Below, one piece after another: positions 9,876-19,727 of a stretch of 64,000 nucleotides of DNA. The stretch is taken from contig CAVYTJ010000004.1 in assembly GCA_963771325.1 (NCBI GenBank), positions 28,740-92,739 of the forward strand. Reading direction: 5' to 3'. Each line of letters opens with the position of its first letter. The stretch's first letter is position 1. The position numbers were made by a program, and so were the translations under genes. Below the pieces are notes generated by a model. That model was not told the DNA's origin. It made no database searches and saw only the letters and a list, made by a program, of their open reading frames with translations. Origin of the DNA: an uncultured delta proteobacterium (lineage in GTDB: Bacteria; Desulfobacterota; Binatia; Binatales; Binataceae).

Positions 9876-11912
9876 CTAGGCGGGCGCTACCTCCACGGCG
9901 GCGTCGAAGCTCGCCTGGCCGCCGGAGAAACCGAAGGTGTCGACCGCTTCGTCCGGAATCACCGCGGCGCCGTCCGTCAGCGTGTTCAGCCCCAGCCATC
10001 CGTCGTGCATCCAGACCGTGCCCGGCGGTACGTCGTCGGTGACGCGCGCGCGGGCGTGCATCTCGCCGCGCTGATTGTAGATGCGGATCGCGTCGCCGTC
10101 CTTCACGCCACGTGCGGCCGCGTCGTCCAGCGAGATCCATAGCGAGGGCTCGGGATCGGCGGCGGCGAGCGTCGGCAGCGCGCGGCCGTGGTCGTAGAAG
10201 CCATGGAACTGCGTCAGCGTGCGTCCCTGGCGGAACCTGAGCGGATGTCGAGCGGCGATCAGGTCTTCATGCACCGGGAGCGGCGGCAGTCCGAGCGCCT
10301 TCGCGCGCTCCGAGTACAACTCGATCTTGCCCGACGGCGTCGGGAAGCGCAGATCGGGATGCGCCACGTGCGAGACCTTCAGCGCGCGGATGCCGTCTTC
10401 GGCCCGGAGCGCCGCCACTGTCGCGTGGCCGGTCGCGGGATGATCGAGAATCGCGTCGAGCACCCCCTCGTCGCTCGTCCATGGATAGAAGTCAGCCAGA
10501 GCCAACCGGCGCGCCAGTTCGCTCAGCACCCATGCGATCGGCCGTGTCTCACCGGGAGCCTCCAGGATCTTCGGCATCAGGTAGAGATGCGTATTGGTGC
10601 TCTTGCAGCCGAGTTCCTCCAGCCATGACGTCGCGGGCAGGACGACGTCGGCAAAGCGGCGGGCTGTGTCGTTCATGAACAGGTCATAACTGACCACGAG
10701 ATCGGTGCGCGCGAGCCCTTCGGCGACGCTGCCCGCGTCAGCGTACGACGACAGCATGTCGGTGCCGAACAGCAGGAGCACGCGCACGTCGCCATCACGG
10801 AGAGCCTCGGTAATGCGCGGCATCTGGTTCGGGATGTAACGTCCGGGCGGGCGCCGGTCGAGCGCAAGCAGGTCGTTGTTGAGTGCCTGGCCATGCGTGG
10901 CGCTGCCGTGACGCGGGCCCAAGCCGCCGCCGGGCACGCCGACGTTGCCGGTGAGCGCCGGAAGGCATCCGACGGCGCGGGCGCCCTGCCAGCCGTTGCT
11001 GCCCTTGTGCATCGAGCTGCCGCCGAGGACGAGCATCGCGGGCTTCGTCGTCGCATAGCGCCGCGCGAGATCGGCGATCCGCTCGGGCGCGATACCGCTG
11101 ACGGCGGCCGCCCATTGGGGCGAGTGCGCTTCCACGTGCGCCGCGAGCGCGTCGAAGCCCACGGTGTTGCGGGCGACGAAGTCAGCGTCGTACAGCCGGT
11201 CGCGGACGATGACGTGCATCATGCCGAGCGCGAGCGCCGCGTCGGTGCCCGGACGGATCACGAGCGTCTCGTCGGACTGCGCGGCCGCCTCCGTGCGGCG
11301 CACGTCGATCGTGACGACGTGGGCGCCGCGCCGTCTGGCGGCCACGAGATGGCGCGCCGTGTTCGGCTGGCTTGCGAGGTTCGCGCCCCACAGCACAATC
11401 AATGCAGCGTGTGCGCCCATGTCCTCCTTGGTGTTGGCCTCGAGGATGCCGGTGAGCCCCAGGCCGAAGGCGCCGAGACCCCAGCAGATCATAGCCGGGT
11501 TCCACCACTGACAGCCGTAGAGATTCGAGAAGCGGCGCACGAGATGCGATCCAACGCGCGTACCATAGTTGCTGGTGAAGATTCCGTGCCCCACCCAGGT
11601 GCCGACCGCCTCGCGCCCCGCCGCCCGCATGCGCTCCGTGACTAGGTCGAGCGCCTCGTCCCACGAGGCGCGGCGCAGCTGTTCGCTACGTTGCGCGCGC
11701 ACCAGCGGCGCCAACAGGCGCCGCGGGTTACCGATGATCTCCCGCGAGGCCTGACCGCGGATGCACAGGAAGCCGCGGCTATCAGGGTTGTCCGGGTCTC
11801 CGCGGACGCCGACGACGTCTCCGTCCTCGACGTCAACCAACATCCCGCACAGCGTGGGATGGCAGTTCATCGGGCACATCGTGCGGATGGTGGCGGGCAC
11901 GACGGGCATCAT
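9876..11912 (-). CDS. molybdopterin-dependent oxidoreductase (MopB family; assimilatory nitrate reductase/formate dehydrogenase-like catalytic subunit)
   Basis: 678 aa. N-terminal 4Fe-4S motif CPMNCHPTLCGM…C, then the molybdopterin-binding domains and a C-terminal MopB_CT barrel. Confidence 0.85.
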   Translation of the reverse strand: MMPVVPATIRTMCPMNCHPTLCGMLVDVEDGDVVGVRGDPDNPDSRGFLCIRGQASREIIGNPRRLLAPLVRAQRSEQLRRASWDEALDLVTERMRAAGREAVGTWVGHGIFTSNYGTRVGSHLVRRFSNLYGCQWWNPAMICWGLGAFGLGLTGILEANTKEDMGAHAALIVLWGANLASQPNTARHLVAARRRGAHVVTIDVRRTEAAAQSDETLVIRPGTDAALALGMMHVIVRDRLYDADFVARNTVGFDALAAHVEAHSPQWAAAVSGIAPERIADLARRYATTKPAMLVLGGSSMHKGSNGWQGARAVGCLPALTGNVGVPGGGLGPRHGSATHGQALNNDLLALDRRPPGRYIPNQMPRITEALRDGDVRVLLLFGTDMLSSYADAGSVAEGLARTDLVVSYDLFMNDTARRFADVVLPATSWLEELGCKSTNTHLYLMPKILEAPGETRPIAWVLSELARRLALADFYPWTSDEGVLDAILDHPATGHATVAALRAEDGIRALKVSHVAHPDLRFPTPSGKIELYSERAKALGLPPLPVHEDLIAARHPLRFRQGRTLTQFHGFYDHGRALPTLAAADPEPSLWISLDDAAARGVKDGDAIRIYNQRGEMHARARVTDDVPPGTVWMHDGWLGLNTLTDGAAVIPDEAVDTFGFSGGQASFDAAVEVAPA

Positions 11913-11954
11913 ACGCGAAACGCGCGCCGCCCACCAAAGCCGCCGAGGCGTCCG

Positions 11955-12395
11955 CTACGAGCCCGAAGAAATGTAGCTCCGCAACTCGTTCAGCTCGGAT
12001 TGCGCTTCCGCGAGACGCTGCTTCACGACGTCGCCGATGCTGACGATCCCCTCGAGCGCGCCGTTGCGAACCACGGGCAGGTGACGGATGCGCTGCAGCG
12101 TCATCACCTCCATCAGTTCGACAATCGCGTCCTCCGGCGAACAGGTCCTGACCTCGGTCGTCATCAGACGCTCGACCGGAAGCGCGGTCACCGAGTCTCC
12201 GTGTTGGGCCATGCCGCGGATGACGTCGCGCTCCGAGATTATCCCGGCGAGGCGGCCGTCTCCATTGACCACCGGGGCGGCGCCGATTCGGTTTACGCTG
12301 AGCACCTTGACTAGCGAGGCGACGGTGTCGCGCGGCGCGACAGTGACGACCTTGCGACCCTTGCTCTCCAGGACCGCGGAAACCTTGGTTGCCAT
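11955..12395 (-). CDS. CBS domain pair protein
   Basis: Two CBS motifs (…VVTVAPRDTVASLVKVL…GAAPVVNGDGRLAGIISERDVIR…; …LMTTEVRTCSPEDAIVELMEVMTLQRIRHLPVV…). Start taken at ATG MATKV. Confidence 0.8.
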   Translation of the reverse strand: MATKVSAVLESKGRKVVTVAPRDTVASLVKVLSVNRIGAAPVVNGDGRLAGIISERDVIRGMAQHGDSVTALPVERLMTTEVRTCSPEDAIVELMEVMTLQRIRHLPVVRNGALEGIVSIGDVVKQRLAEAQSELNELRSYISSGS

Positions 12396-12533
12396 CTTGC
12401 GATCTCCTGGGCGTGATTCGTCCGGCCCATAGTCAAGTCTGCGCGCGCGGCAACTCAAGGGTCAAGCCGGGGTTTTTGACGATGCCCTGAACTCGGCGTC
12501 GCGTGGAGGGGCGCTTAGCGAAGCACCGCCGCC

Positions 12534-14903
12534 TCACTGACGAAGCGCGACGTCGAGCACCGCTGCCAAGGCGTCCAGCGTAACCGGCTTGGCCACGTAC
12601 TCGTCCATCCCCGAGTCCAGGCAACGTTCGCGCGCGCCTTCAAGGGCATGCCCGGTCATCGCGATTATGGTGGTGTGCCGCTCGCCGTTTTCCCGCCGCC
12701 TGATTTCGACGGTGGTGGCGTAACCGTCCATCTCCGGCATCTCACAGTCGAGCAGCACGACTGGATACGGTGCGCTGGCCATTGCCGCCAGAGCCGGCTT
12801 GCCACCGTCCACGACGTCGACCAGGTACCCCAGCCGCTCGAGCTGTTTTCGCGCCACCTTGCGATTTACCAGGTTGTCATCGACGACCAGGATTCGTATC
12901 GGGTCGGGAGATTTCCCATTACTCGGCACCGCCGCTGCCGGCCGAGCCGCCAATTCAACTTTGTCATGCGGCCCCTGAAGGGTCAGCGGCTCTGACGCGA
13001 GCAAGGCACAAAGCGTCGCGTGAAGGTGGGACGGCTTGATCGGTTTGTTCAACCAGTGATCGGAGCCATCCCTTTCCCGGACCATTGAGCCTTCAGCTTT
13101 TTTTGCCGCACCCATCATGATCAGAGAAGTTTTCGCGAGATCCGGATCCAGTCCGATCGTGCGTGCAAGTGTGGCGCCATCCATGCTCGGCATCTGGGCG
13201 TCGACCAGAATCACGTCGAACGGCTGCGTACCGGCCGATCGCAGCCGTAGCGCAGCCAGCGCTTCATCACCCCCGTGGACGGCGTCAGCGATCATCCCCC
13301 ACGAGCGCATCGTATCCACGAGCGCGGCGCGATTGGTCGCGTTGTCATCGACGACCAGGGCAGACAGGCCGGCAAGCGGCGATATCCGCGGTATCTGCTG
13401 CGCCGCAGCGGCAGTCGGCAGGCCAAAGACCGCGGTCAAATAAAATATCGAACCCTCGCCCGACGCGCTTTCGATATCGATCTTCCCCTCCATGCCTTCG
13501 GCCAGTTTCGCCGAGATCGTCAGGCCCAGACCGGTCCCGCCGTACTTGCGCGTGGTTGACGCGTCGGCCTGCGAGAAAGGGCTGAAAAGCCGGGCCTGCA
13601 GGGCTCTCGGGATACCGATCCCGGTGTCGCGGATCGCGAATCGAATTGTCGCCTTGTCGGGGGTTTGCGCGTTCGCGGTCACGCTTACCGCGACCTCGCC
13701 GCCGGCGGTGAATTTCAAAGCGTTTCCGATCAGATTGTTCAATACCTGCCGGAGCCGGTTGGGGTCGCCCGTAATGATTGAGGGCACGCCGGCTGCCAGC
13801 GCCAGGACGAGCTCGAGACCCTTGCTGCGGGCCTTTTCGGCGAACGACTCGATCGTACTTTCGAGAACTGCGGACAAGTCGAAATCGATTCGTTCGAAAA
13901 CCACCTTGCCCTCGATCAACTTGGAGAAGTCGAGGATGTCGTTCACGATCGTCATCAACAGGCGGCCGCATTCCGCGGCCGTCTTCGCGCATTCGAGCTG
14001 TTCCGCGTTCAGACCGGAATCGAGCAGCAGTTCGTTCATCCCGATGACGCCGTTGAGCGGCGTGCGAATCTCGTGGCTCATGTTGCTCATGAACTCTGAC
14101 TTGATCCGCATGCCCTCGAGCGCCGCGTCGCGCGCGCGGCTCAATTCCTGCTCGGCGCGCTTGCGTTCAGTGATGTCCACTGAGACCTCTTCGTAGTGGT
14201 CGATTTTGCCGGCGGCGTCGCGCACTACGTGGGCGCTTACCACGCACCAGACGATCGTTCCGTCGGGGCGGCGGAACTCCACCTCGCGGTTTTCAACCAC
14301 GCCGTCGCGCGCGAGGAGAGCGTTAAGCTGCGCGCGCTCCTCCGGACGATTCCATAGCTCACCCACATTGACCCGTTTCAGGCTCTCCTCGTCCGCGAAT
14401 CCGAGCATCGCGACGAATCTCGGATTGGCCTCGATGACCTTTCCTTCGGGGGTGGTGATGAAGACGCCGACCGGAACGCTATTGAACAGGTTGCGATAGC
14501 GCGACTCCGCCCGCCGGCGCTCGCGCCGCAACTCGGCGTCACGCAACTCGCGCTCGACGGCGGGCGCAAGCCGCGCCAGGTTGTCTTTCAGGATGTAGTG
14601 ATGCGCGCCGGCCTTCATCGCGTCCACCGCGACGTTCTCGCCGGCGTTGCCGGAGACCAGGATGAAAGGCAGATCGAGTTCCTTGTCCTGCAGCAGCTTA
14701 AGCGCCGCAAGCCCGCTGAAATGCGGCATCGAATAGTCCGAAATGACCAGGTCCCAGGAGCCGCGCGCGAGCGCCGCTTCCATTGCCTCGGGCGTTTCAA
14801 CCCGCTCGTAGGTCGGGTCGACGCCGGCGCGGCGCAGCGCCCGCACCATCAGTTCGGCGTCGTCCGCCGAGTCCTCGACGATCAGGAGGTTTATCGCGGT
14901 CAT
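12534..14903 (-). CDS. hybrid sensor histidine kinase: REC-PAS-HisKA-HATPase-REC-REC
   Basis: 789 aa. N-terminal receiver ([18 protein letters not shown]…ISDYSMP), PAS, H-box [13 protein letters not shown], the N/G1/G2 boxes, then two C-terminal receiver domains ([11 protein letters not shown]…; [13 protein letters not shown]…[11 protein letters not shown]). Confidence 0.9.
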   Translation of the reverse strand: MTAINLLIVEDSADDAELMVRALRRAGVDPTYERVETPEAMEAALARGSWDLVISDYSMPHFSGLAALKLLQDKELDLPFILVSGNAGENVAVDAMKAGAHHYILKDNLARLAPAVERELRDAELRRERRRAESRYRNLFNSVPVGVFITTPEGKVIEANPRFVAMLGFADEESLKRVNVGELWNRPEERAQLNALLARDGVVENREVEFRRPDGTIVWCVVSAHVVRDAAGKIDHYEEVSVDITERKRAEQELSRARDAALEGMRIKSEFMSNMSHEIRTPLNGVIGMNELLLDSGLNAEQLECAKTAAECGRLLMTIVNDILDFSKLIEGKVVFERIDFDLSAVLESTIESFAEKARSKGLELVLALAAGVPSIITGDPNRLRQVLNNLIGNALKFTAGGEVAVSVTANAQTPDKATIRFAIRDTGIGIPRALQARLFSPFSQADASTTRKYGGTGLGLTISAKLAEGMEGKIDIESASGEGSIFYLTAVFGLPTAAAAQQIPRISPLAGLSALVVDDNATNRAALVDTMRSWGMIADAVHGGDEALAALRLRSAGTQPFDVILVDAQMPSMDGATLARTIGLDPDLAKTSLIMMGAAKKAEGSMVRERDGSDHWLNKPIKPSHLHATLCALLASEPLTLQGPHDKVELAARPAAAVPSNGKSPDPIRILVVDDNLVNRKVARKQLERLGYLVDVVDGGKPALAAMASAPYPVVLLDCEMPEMDGYATTVEIRRRENGERHTTIIAMTGHALEGARERCLDSGMDEYVAKPVTLDALAAVLDVALRQ

Positions 14904-15359
14904 GCGCTGTTGGCCACGCCGCTGCGTGGCTTCTCGTTCAGAACGAGCCAGTAGAGGCCCAGTTGCCGTACCGCTTCGACGAACTGTTCGAAGTCAACCG
15001 GCTTGCGGATGTAGCTGTTGGCGCCCAGGTCGTAGCCGTGCACTATATCCTGCTGCTCCTTGGAGGAAGTCAGGATGACGACGGGGAGACGCTTCGTGCG
15101 CTCGTCCGCGCGCAACCTCGTCAGCACCTCGAAGCCGTCGAGTTTGGGCAGCTTGAGATCGAGGAGAACGAGTTGCGGCAGGTCATTGGGATCACGCCCT
15201 GCGTAGAATCCTGACCCGAAAAGGTAGTCGGTTGCTTCCACCCCGTCGTGGGCCACCACGACCTTGTTGGTGATGTTGTTCTTCCTGAGCGCGCGAAGCG
15301 TGAGCGCTTCGTCGTCGGCGTTGTCTTCCACCAACAGAATTACTTGTTGTTGATGCATT
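14900..15359 (-). CDS. single-domain response regulator (CheY-like), paralog 1
   Basis: [34 protein letters not shown]…[15 protein letters not shown]…[12 protein letters not shown]. Its stop overlaps the hybrid kinase start as ATGA. Confidence 0.85.
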
Positions 15360-15401
15360 TGCGGCGTCCTCCTTGTGGTTCTATCCGGAGGTGCGGTGCA
15401 G

Positions 15402-15878
15402 TCACGCGCTGCTCGCCACACCGCTCGGCGGGTTTTCGTTCAAGACCAGCCAGTACAGCCCGAGTTGACGGACTGCTTCGACGAACTGCTCGAAGTCGAC
15501 CGGTTTGCGCACGTAGCTGTTGGCGCCCAGGTCGTAGCCATGCGCTATATCCCTCTCCTCCCTGGAGGAGGTCAGGATAATCACGGGAGTGGTCTTGGTC
15601 CGCTTGTCCGCGCGCAGCTTAGCCAGCACATCGAAGCCATTTAGCTTGGGCAGCTTCAGATCGAGGAGAACGATTTGTGGCTGATCGTTGGGATCGCGCC
15701 CTGCATACTGCCCCGTCCCGAAGAGGTAATCGCAAGCCTCGACGCCGTCGCGCGCCACCACCACGGTGTTGGTGATATTGTTCTTCTTCAACGCGCGGAG
15801 CGTCAGCGCTTCGTCGTCGGCGTTGTCTTCCACCAACAGAATGACTCGTTGTTTATGCACTGGGATGTCCTCCCTCAT
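15402..15878 (-). CDS. single-domain response regulator (CheY-like), paralog 2 (tandem duplicate of 14900-15359)
   Basis: [45 protein letters not shown]…, about 85% aa and about 80% nt identity to paralog 1. ATG at 15878; the longer upstream ORF is Ser/Pro-rich junk. Confidence 0.8.
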   Translation of the reverse strand: MREDIPVHKQRVILLVEDNADDEALTLRALKKNNITNTVVVARDGVEACDYLFGTGQYAGRDPNDQPQIVLLDLKLPKLNGFDVLAKLRADKRTKTTPVIILTSSREERDIAHGYDLGANSYVRKPVDFEQFVEAVRQLGLYWLVLNENPPSGVASSA

Positions 15879-18039
15879 GTTCCGCAAGCGTAAACGAAAA
15901 GGTCGCCCCTTTGCCCACGGCCCCTTCAGCCCAGGTTTTGCCGCCGTGACGCTGGATGATCCGTCGCACCGAGGCGAGTCCGATTCCGGTGCCGGGGAAC
16001 TCGGTAGCCGCGTGGAGCCGCTGGAAAGTGCCGAAAAGCTTGTCGACGTAGGCCATGTCGAACCCGGGGCCGTCGTCGCGGACGAAATAGACCGGCGCTC
16101 CATTCTGCCGCGACATGCCGAGTTCGATCCTTGCCTGCGGCTTGTTCATCGTGAACTTCCACGCGTTGCCGAGCAGATTCTCGAGCACCACCCGCAGCAG
16201 GCGCGAATCGCCATGGCCGACGACGTGATCGCCAACGACGCATTCGACGTGGCGCGCGGGGTCGCCGCTCTGCAGGTCCGCCAGGACCGAACTCGCCATC
16301 GCACTGAGGTCCACGACCTCGTAGCGCATCTCGGTACGGGTGACTCGCGCCAGGTTCAAGAGGTCGTCGATCAGTTGCGCCATGCGTTTGGTTGCGGCCC
16401 GGATCCGGTCGAGGAGACCCTTGCCTTCCACATCGAGCTGGCCGGCATAGTCCTCGACCAGGGCCATGCTGAAACCGTCGATGCTGCGCAGTGGCGCGCG
16501 CAGGTCGTGCGACACCGAGTAGGAAAAAGCCTCCAACTCCTTGTTGGCGGCCTCGACCTGTACGGCATGGCGTTGTTGTGATTCGTTCAGTTCGCGGACG
16601 GTATCCTCGGCCTGTTTGCGGTCGGTGATGTCGCGAATGGCGCTGGAGACCAGTCGCCCGTCATCGGTTTCGATCGGGCTTAGACTAATCTCGACCGGGA
16701 ATTCGCTCCCATCCTTGCGCAGGCCATAAAGTTCAAGCCCGGCCCCCATCGGGCGCACCTTGGGCTCGGCGAAGTACTGGCTGCGCTGGCGCGGATGCTT
16801 CTCGCGAAAGCGCGGCGGCACCAGCTTATCGACCGAGTTGCCGAGCAACTCGGCGCGCGCGTAACCGAAGAGCTTCTCGGTTTGCGCGTTGACCAGCACC
16901 ATGCGGCCGTCCGCGCCCGCCAGCACCATCGCGTCGGGCGCGGTTTCGAGCAGCGAGCGGAAGCGCGCGTTCAGCTCCGCCACTTTTTCCTCGGCCCGCT
17001 GGCGATCGGTGATATCGCGAATCGCGCTGGAGACCAGTCGCCCGTCATCGGTTTCGATCGGGCTTAGACTAATCTCGACCGGGAATTCGCTCCCATCCTT
17101 GCGCAGGCCATAAAGTTCAAGCCCGGCCCCCATCGGGCGCACCTTGGGCTCGGCGAAGTACTGGCTGCGCTGGCGCGGATGCTTCTCGCGAAAGCGCGGC
17201 GGCACCAGCATATCGACCGAGTTGCCGAGCAACTCGGCGCGCGCGTAGCCAAAGAGTTTCTCGGTTTGCGCGTTGACCAGCACCATGCGGCCGTCCGCGC
17301 CCGCCAGCACCATCGCGTCGGGCGCGGTTTCGAGCAGCGAGCGGAACTGGTCATCGGCCTTCTTGCGGTCCACGGCGGTTTGCTTCAAGCGGTTCGTAGT
17401 GAGTCCGGCGTAGCCGCCAACCAACAGCAGCCACGTAAAGATGACGGTCCCCCCGATTCCCATCACCATCGCACTTCGATGTAAGGTCGTGCGGGCGTTT
17501 GCCGCGCGCTCTGTCAGCAGCGCCTGTTCAGCCACGGACATGGGGTCGAATTGCGCGCGGAGCTGATAAAGCGCGGCGGCGAGCTCGACGAAGATCGGCA
17601 TGCTGAGCGCGTCCTCGCGCCGTATCGTCGAGGCTGACTGAGTAGCGTCGTGCGTGAGGGTCGCCACGCGCCGCGCGGACTGGTCGACCCGATCGAGGCG
17701 GCGCTGCTGGGACTCGTTGTCCACGGTGAGGACGCGGAGCGCCGCGGCGGTACGCTGGAGTTCGGAAACACTTAGCGCGAGTTGGTCCAGGTTTTTCCGA
17801 TCTCCGCTCTGGTAATAGGTTTGTAGCGCGGCGACCGAGCCGAATGTATCTCCGCGGGCCGCGTCCAGCGTTCTGAGAACCACATCGGTGTGGGTTACCC
17901 AATCGACCCGATTGTAGTATTGGTTGATGTCGCTATAGGAAGCCAACGCCACCACGGCGGCGGCCACGATCGCAATTGCGAAACCCGCTACAAGGTACCA
18001 GCCTTCGTTTGTCTGCAATGAAAGGTTGTTCCCAGTCAT
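15853..18039 (-). CDS. sensor histidine kinase, CHASE3-TM-PAS-PAS-HisKA-HATPase
   Basis: 728 aa. N-terminal TM plus a CHASE3-like periplasmic domain, two nearly identical PAS domains, H-box SHDLRAPLRSI and an ATPase domain. Placed at the head of the RR-RR-hybrid kinase cluster. Confidence 0.9.
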   Translation of the reverse strand: MTGNNLSLQTNEGWYLVAGFAIAIVAAAVVALASYSDINQYYNRVDWVTHTDVVLRTLDAARGDTFGSVAALQTYYQSGDRKNLDQLALSVSELQRTAAALRVLTVDNESQQRRLDRVDQSARRVATLTHDATQSASTIRREDALSMPIFVELAAALYQLRAQFDPMSVAEQALLTERAANARTTLHRSAMVMGIGGTVIFTWLLLVGGYAGLTTNRLKQTAVDRKKADDQFRSLLETAPDAMVLAGADGRMVLVNAQTEKLFGYARAELLGNSVDMLVPPRFREKHPRQRSQYFAEPKVRPMGAGLELYGLRKDGSEFPVEISLSPIETDDGRLVSSAIRDITDRQRAEEKVAELNARFRSLLETAPDAMVLAGADGRMVLVNAQTEKLFGYARAELLGNSVDKLVPPRFREKHPRQRSQYFAEPKVRPMGAGLELYGLRKDGSEFPVEISLSPIETDDGRLVSSAIRDITDRKQAEDTVRELNESQQRHAVQVEAANKELEAFSYSVSHDLRAPLRSIDGFSMALVEDYAGQLDVEGKGLLDRIRAATKRMAQLIDDLLNLARVTRTEMRYEVVDLSAMASSVLADLQSGDPARHVECVVGDHVVGHGDSRLLRVVLENLLGNAWKFTMNKPQARIELGMSRQNGAPVYFVRDDGPGFDMAYVDKLFGTFQRLHAATEFPGTGIGLASVRRIIQRHGGKTWAEGAVGKGATFSFTLAEHEGGHPSA
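16580..17350. repeat. 384-bp direct tandem duplication (two copies, >90% nt identity) inside the histidine kinase gene, duplicating a whole PAS domain (128 aa)
   Basis: ctgcgctggcgcggatgcttctcgcgaaagcgcggcggcaccagc occurs at 16781 and 17165 (offset 384). The ORF track shows two identical peptides, …ALETSRPSSVSIGLRLISTGNSLPSLRRP, from both copies. Confidence 0.9.
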
Positions 18040-18470
18040 AAATTGCGATTTTGCGAGCGTCTCAAATGATCATTCAATGTACGACTCAAGAGCCGTGCCG
18101 CTAGGCACTTGTACTTTGGGCTCCTACAATTTGCTCTGGCGGTCCTCACACGACATGCTGGGCAATTGGATGACGCCGGCGGCATCAATTTGCCACGATC
18201 GGACCTCCGCGCGATCAAATCGCAACTCAGTGCGAATGAGCTTGAAAAAATCCGCAGGCGTCGCGAACCGTATTTCCGTTCTGCACGGAACCACATGAGG
18301 AGGTTTGCCGTGGTTTTTGCTTTACGCTCGATGTAAGCTGACTGAGTAGGGATCGACATAGGAATCGAGTCCCACTTGATCCAGCCCTACGGTGGCCCTT
18401 TCGCTCGCCTTTGACCACGTTACGCTAGACCATCCAAATTCTCTCGATCGCAAGGCTTGCGGAGGTCCCG

Positions 18471-19598
18471 ATGGGACACTCTCGTTTCCGTGCATCCCGG
18501 CTGGCGTGGTTCGGCGCGACCCTGCTCGCGCTTGCGATGGCCGCGCCCGCCTCGGCACAGGTACAGGTAACAATTCAGTTTGGAAGGCCGCAGGCACGCG
18601 GCTTCTCGAATAACTATCCATGGTTCAACGATGTCCCGCAGTACCGGGGAAACCAGACCTTTCAGTATTTTCTGGCGTACCATCCGGATATCGCACAGGC
18701 TCTCGCACTGAATCCCGGGCTGCTCTACGACGCCGCCTGGCGCTCGGAATATCCAGACCTGGAGCAGTACCTGAACACGCATCCTTACGAGTGGCAGGCA
18801 CTTAACAATGCAAACTGGTCCACCGGGCCGGCCGAAACCCAGTGGGGTTACTACGATAACCAGCACCAATGGCGCGATGCCTATTGGTGGCATGAGAACG
18901 ACGCCAACTGGTTTTACGACAATCATCAGGACTGGGCTTCGCTCGACTCGCGCTGGCTCATCCAGGATGGCGCCTACGACCAGCAGAACCAGTGGCACTA
19001 TGGCGAATGGTGGTACAATCAGAATCCTACTTGGGTAACGAGTAATCATCCGGTCTGGCTAAGCCAACACCAGAATTGGTCAAGCGCGTCAGAGCAGCAG
19101 AGCTATCGTCAAGCACACGCCCTGCCTGCGCAAAATCAGCTCGGGCAGCGAGCCAGCGTACAAGCTCGGCCTGTCGCACAGGCGAGCCGTCAGCAGAATC
19201 AGTCCGCCGTGCAGGCGAGCCGTCAGGAGGCTCGGCCAGCCGCGCATGCGAGCCGTCAGCAGGCCCGGCCCGCCACGCAGGCGAGCCGTCAGCAGGCTCG
19301 GCCAACCGCGCACGCGAGCCGTCAGCAGGCTCGGCCAGCCGCGCACGCGAGCCGTCAGCAAGCTCGGCCAGCCACGCACGCGAGCCGTCAGCAGGCTCGG
19401 CCAGCCGCGCACGCGAGCCGTCAGCAAGCTCGGCCAGCCACGCACGCGAGCCGTCAGCAGGCTCGGCCAGCCGCGCACGCGAGCCGTCAGCAGGCCCGGC
19501 CCGCCGCGCACGCGAGCCGTCAGCAGGCTCGGCCCGCGACGCACGCAAGCCGTCAGCAGGCTCGGCCTCAGCAGGTCGCGCGCGCCAACAAACGCTAA
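18471..19598 (+). CDS. secreted repeat protein: signal peptide, W/Y/N/Q/H-rich domain, then 15 copies of ASRQQARPAAH
   Basis: Signal peptide MGHSRFRASRLAWFGATLLALAMAAPASA|QVQ and a GGAGG RBS 5 nt upstream. The N-domain is exceptionally aromatic (WW, WY, NQNP…). The C-terminal half is an 11-aa (33-nt) tandem array. Confidence 0.75.
   Translation: MGHSRFRASRLAWFGATLLALAMAAPASAQVQVTIQFGRPQARGFSNNYPWFNDVPQYRGNQTFQYFLAYHPDIAQALALNPGLLYDAAWRSEYPDLEQYLNTHPYEWQALNNANWSTGPAETQWGYYDNQHQWRDAYWWHENDANWFYDNHQDWASLDSRWLIQDGAYDQQNQWHYGEWWYNQNPTWVTSNHPVWLSQHQNWSSASEQQSYRQAHALPAQNQLGQRASVQARPVAQASRQQNQSAVQASRQEARPAAHASRQQARPATQASRQQARPTAHASRQQARPAAHASRQQARPATHASRQQARPAAHASRQQARPATHASRQQARPAAHASRQQARPAAHASRQQARPATHASRQQARPQQVARANKR
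19180..19565 (+). repeat. 33-bp tandem repeat array (about 12 copies) gcgagccgtcagcaggctcggccagccgcgcac, coding
   Basis: Seen directly. The period is 33 nt, copies differ at 1-3 positions, and it encodes ASRQQARP(A/T)(A/T)H. Confidence 0.9.
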
Positions 19599-19654
19599 GG
19601 CCCCGTCGTACTGGCGTTAAGCGTATCGCGCTCAGCAAATGGTGAAAAAGTGAG

Positions 19655-19700
19655 CAGCTGCACCGGTCATCACGACGGTGCGGCCTTTTTTACGACCCCC
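19655..19700 (+). terminator. putative Rho-independent terminator after the repeat-protein gene
   Basis: GCACCG-N10-CGGTGC stem followed by GGCCTTTTTTAC. Confidence 0.5.
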
Positions 19701-19727
19701 GATGCCTAGAAAAAGGACGTGCCGCCA

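Noticed and set aside
10188-11664. Several 100-250-aa ORFs on both strands inside the molybdoenzyme gene
   Set aside because: All overlap the 678-aa MopB CDS and have Arg/Ala/Gly-rich off-frame composition.
19180-19565. Possible CRISPR array (regular 33-bp repeats)
   Set aside because: The repeats are contiguous with no unique spacers and lie in frame inside a coding sequence, so this is a protein tandem repeat.
19027-19638. Minus-strand ORFs with LLTARVRGWPS / PADGSRARLAE repeats
   Set aside because: They are reverse-strand readings of the 33-bp repeat array. Only the plus-strand product has a signal peptide and RBS.
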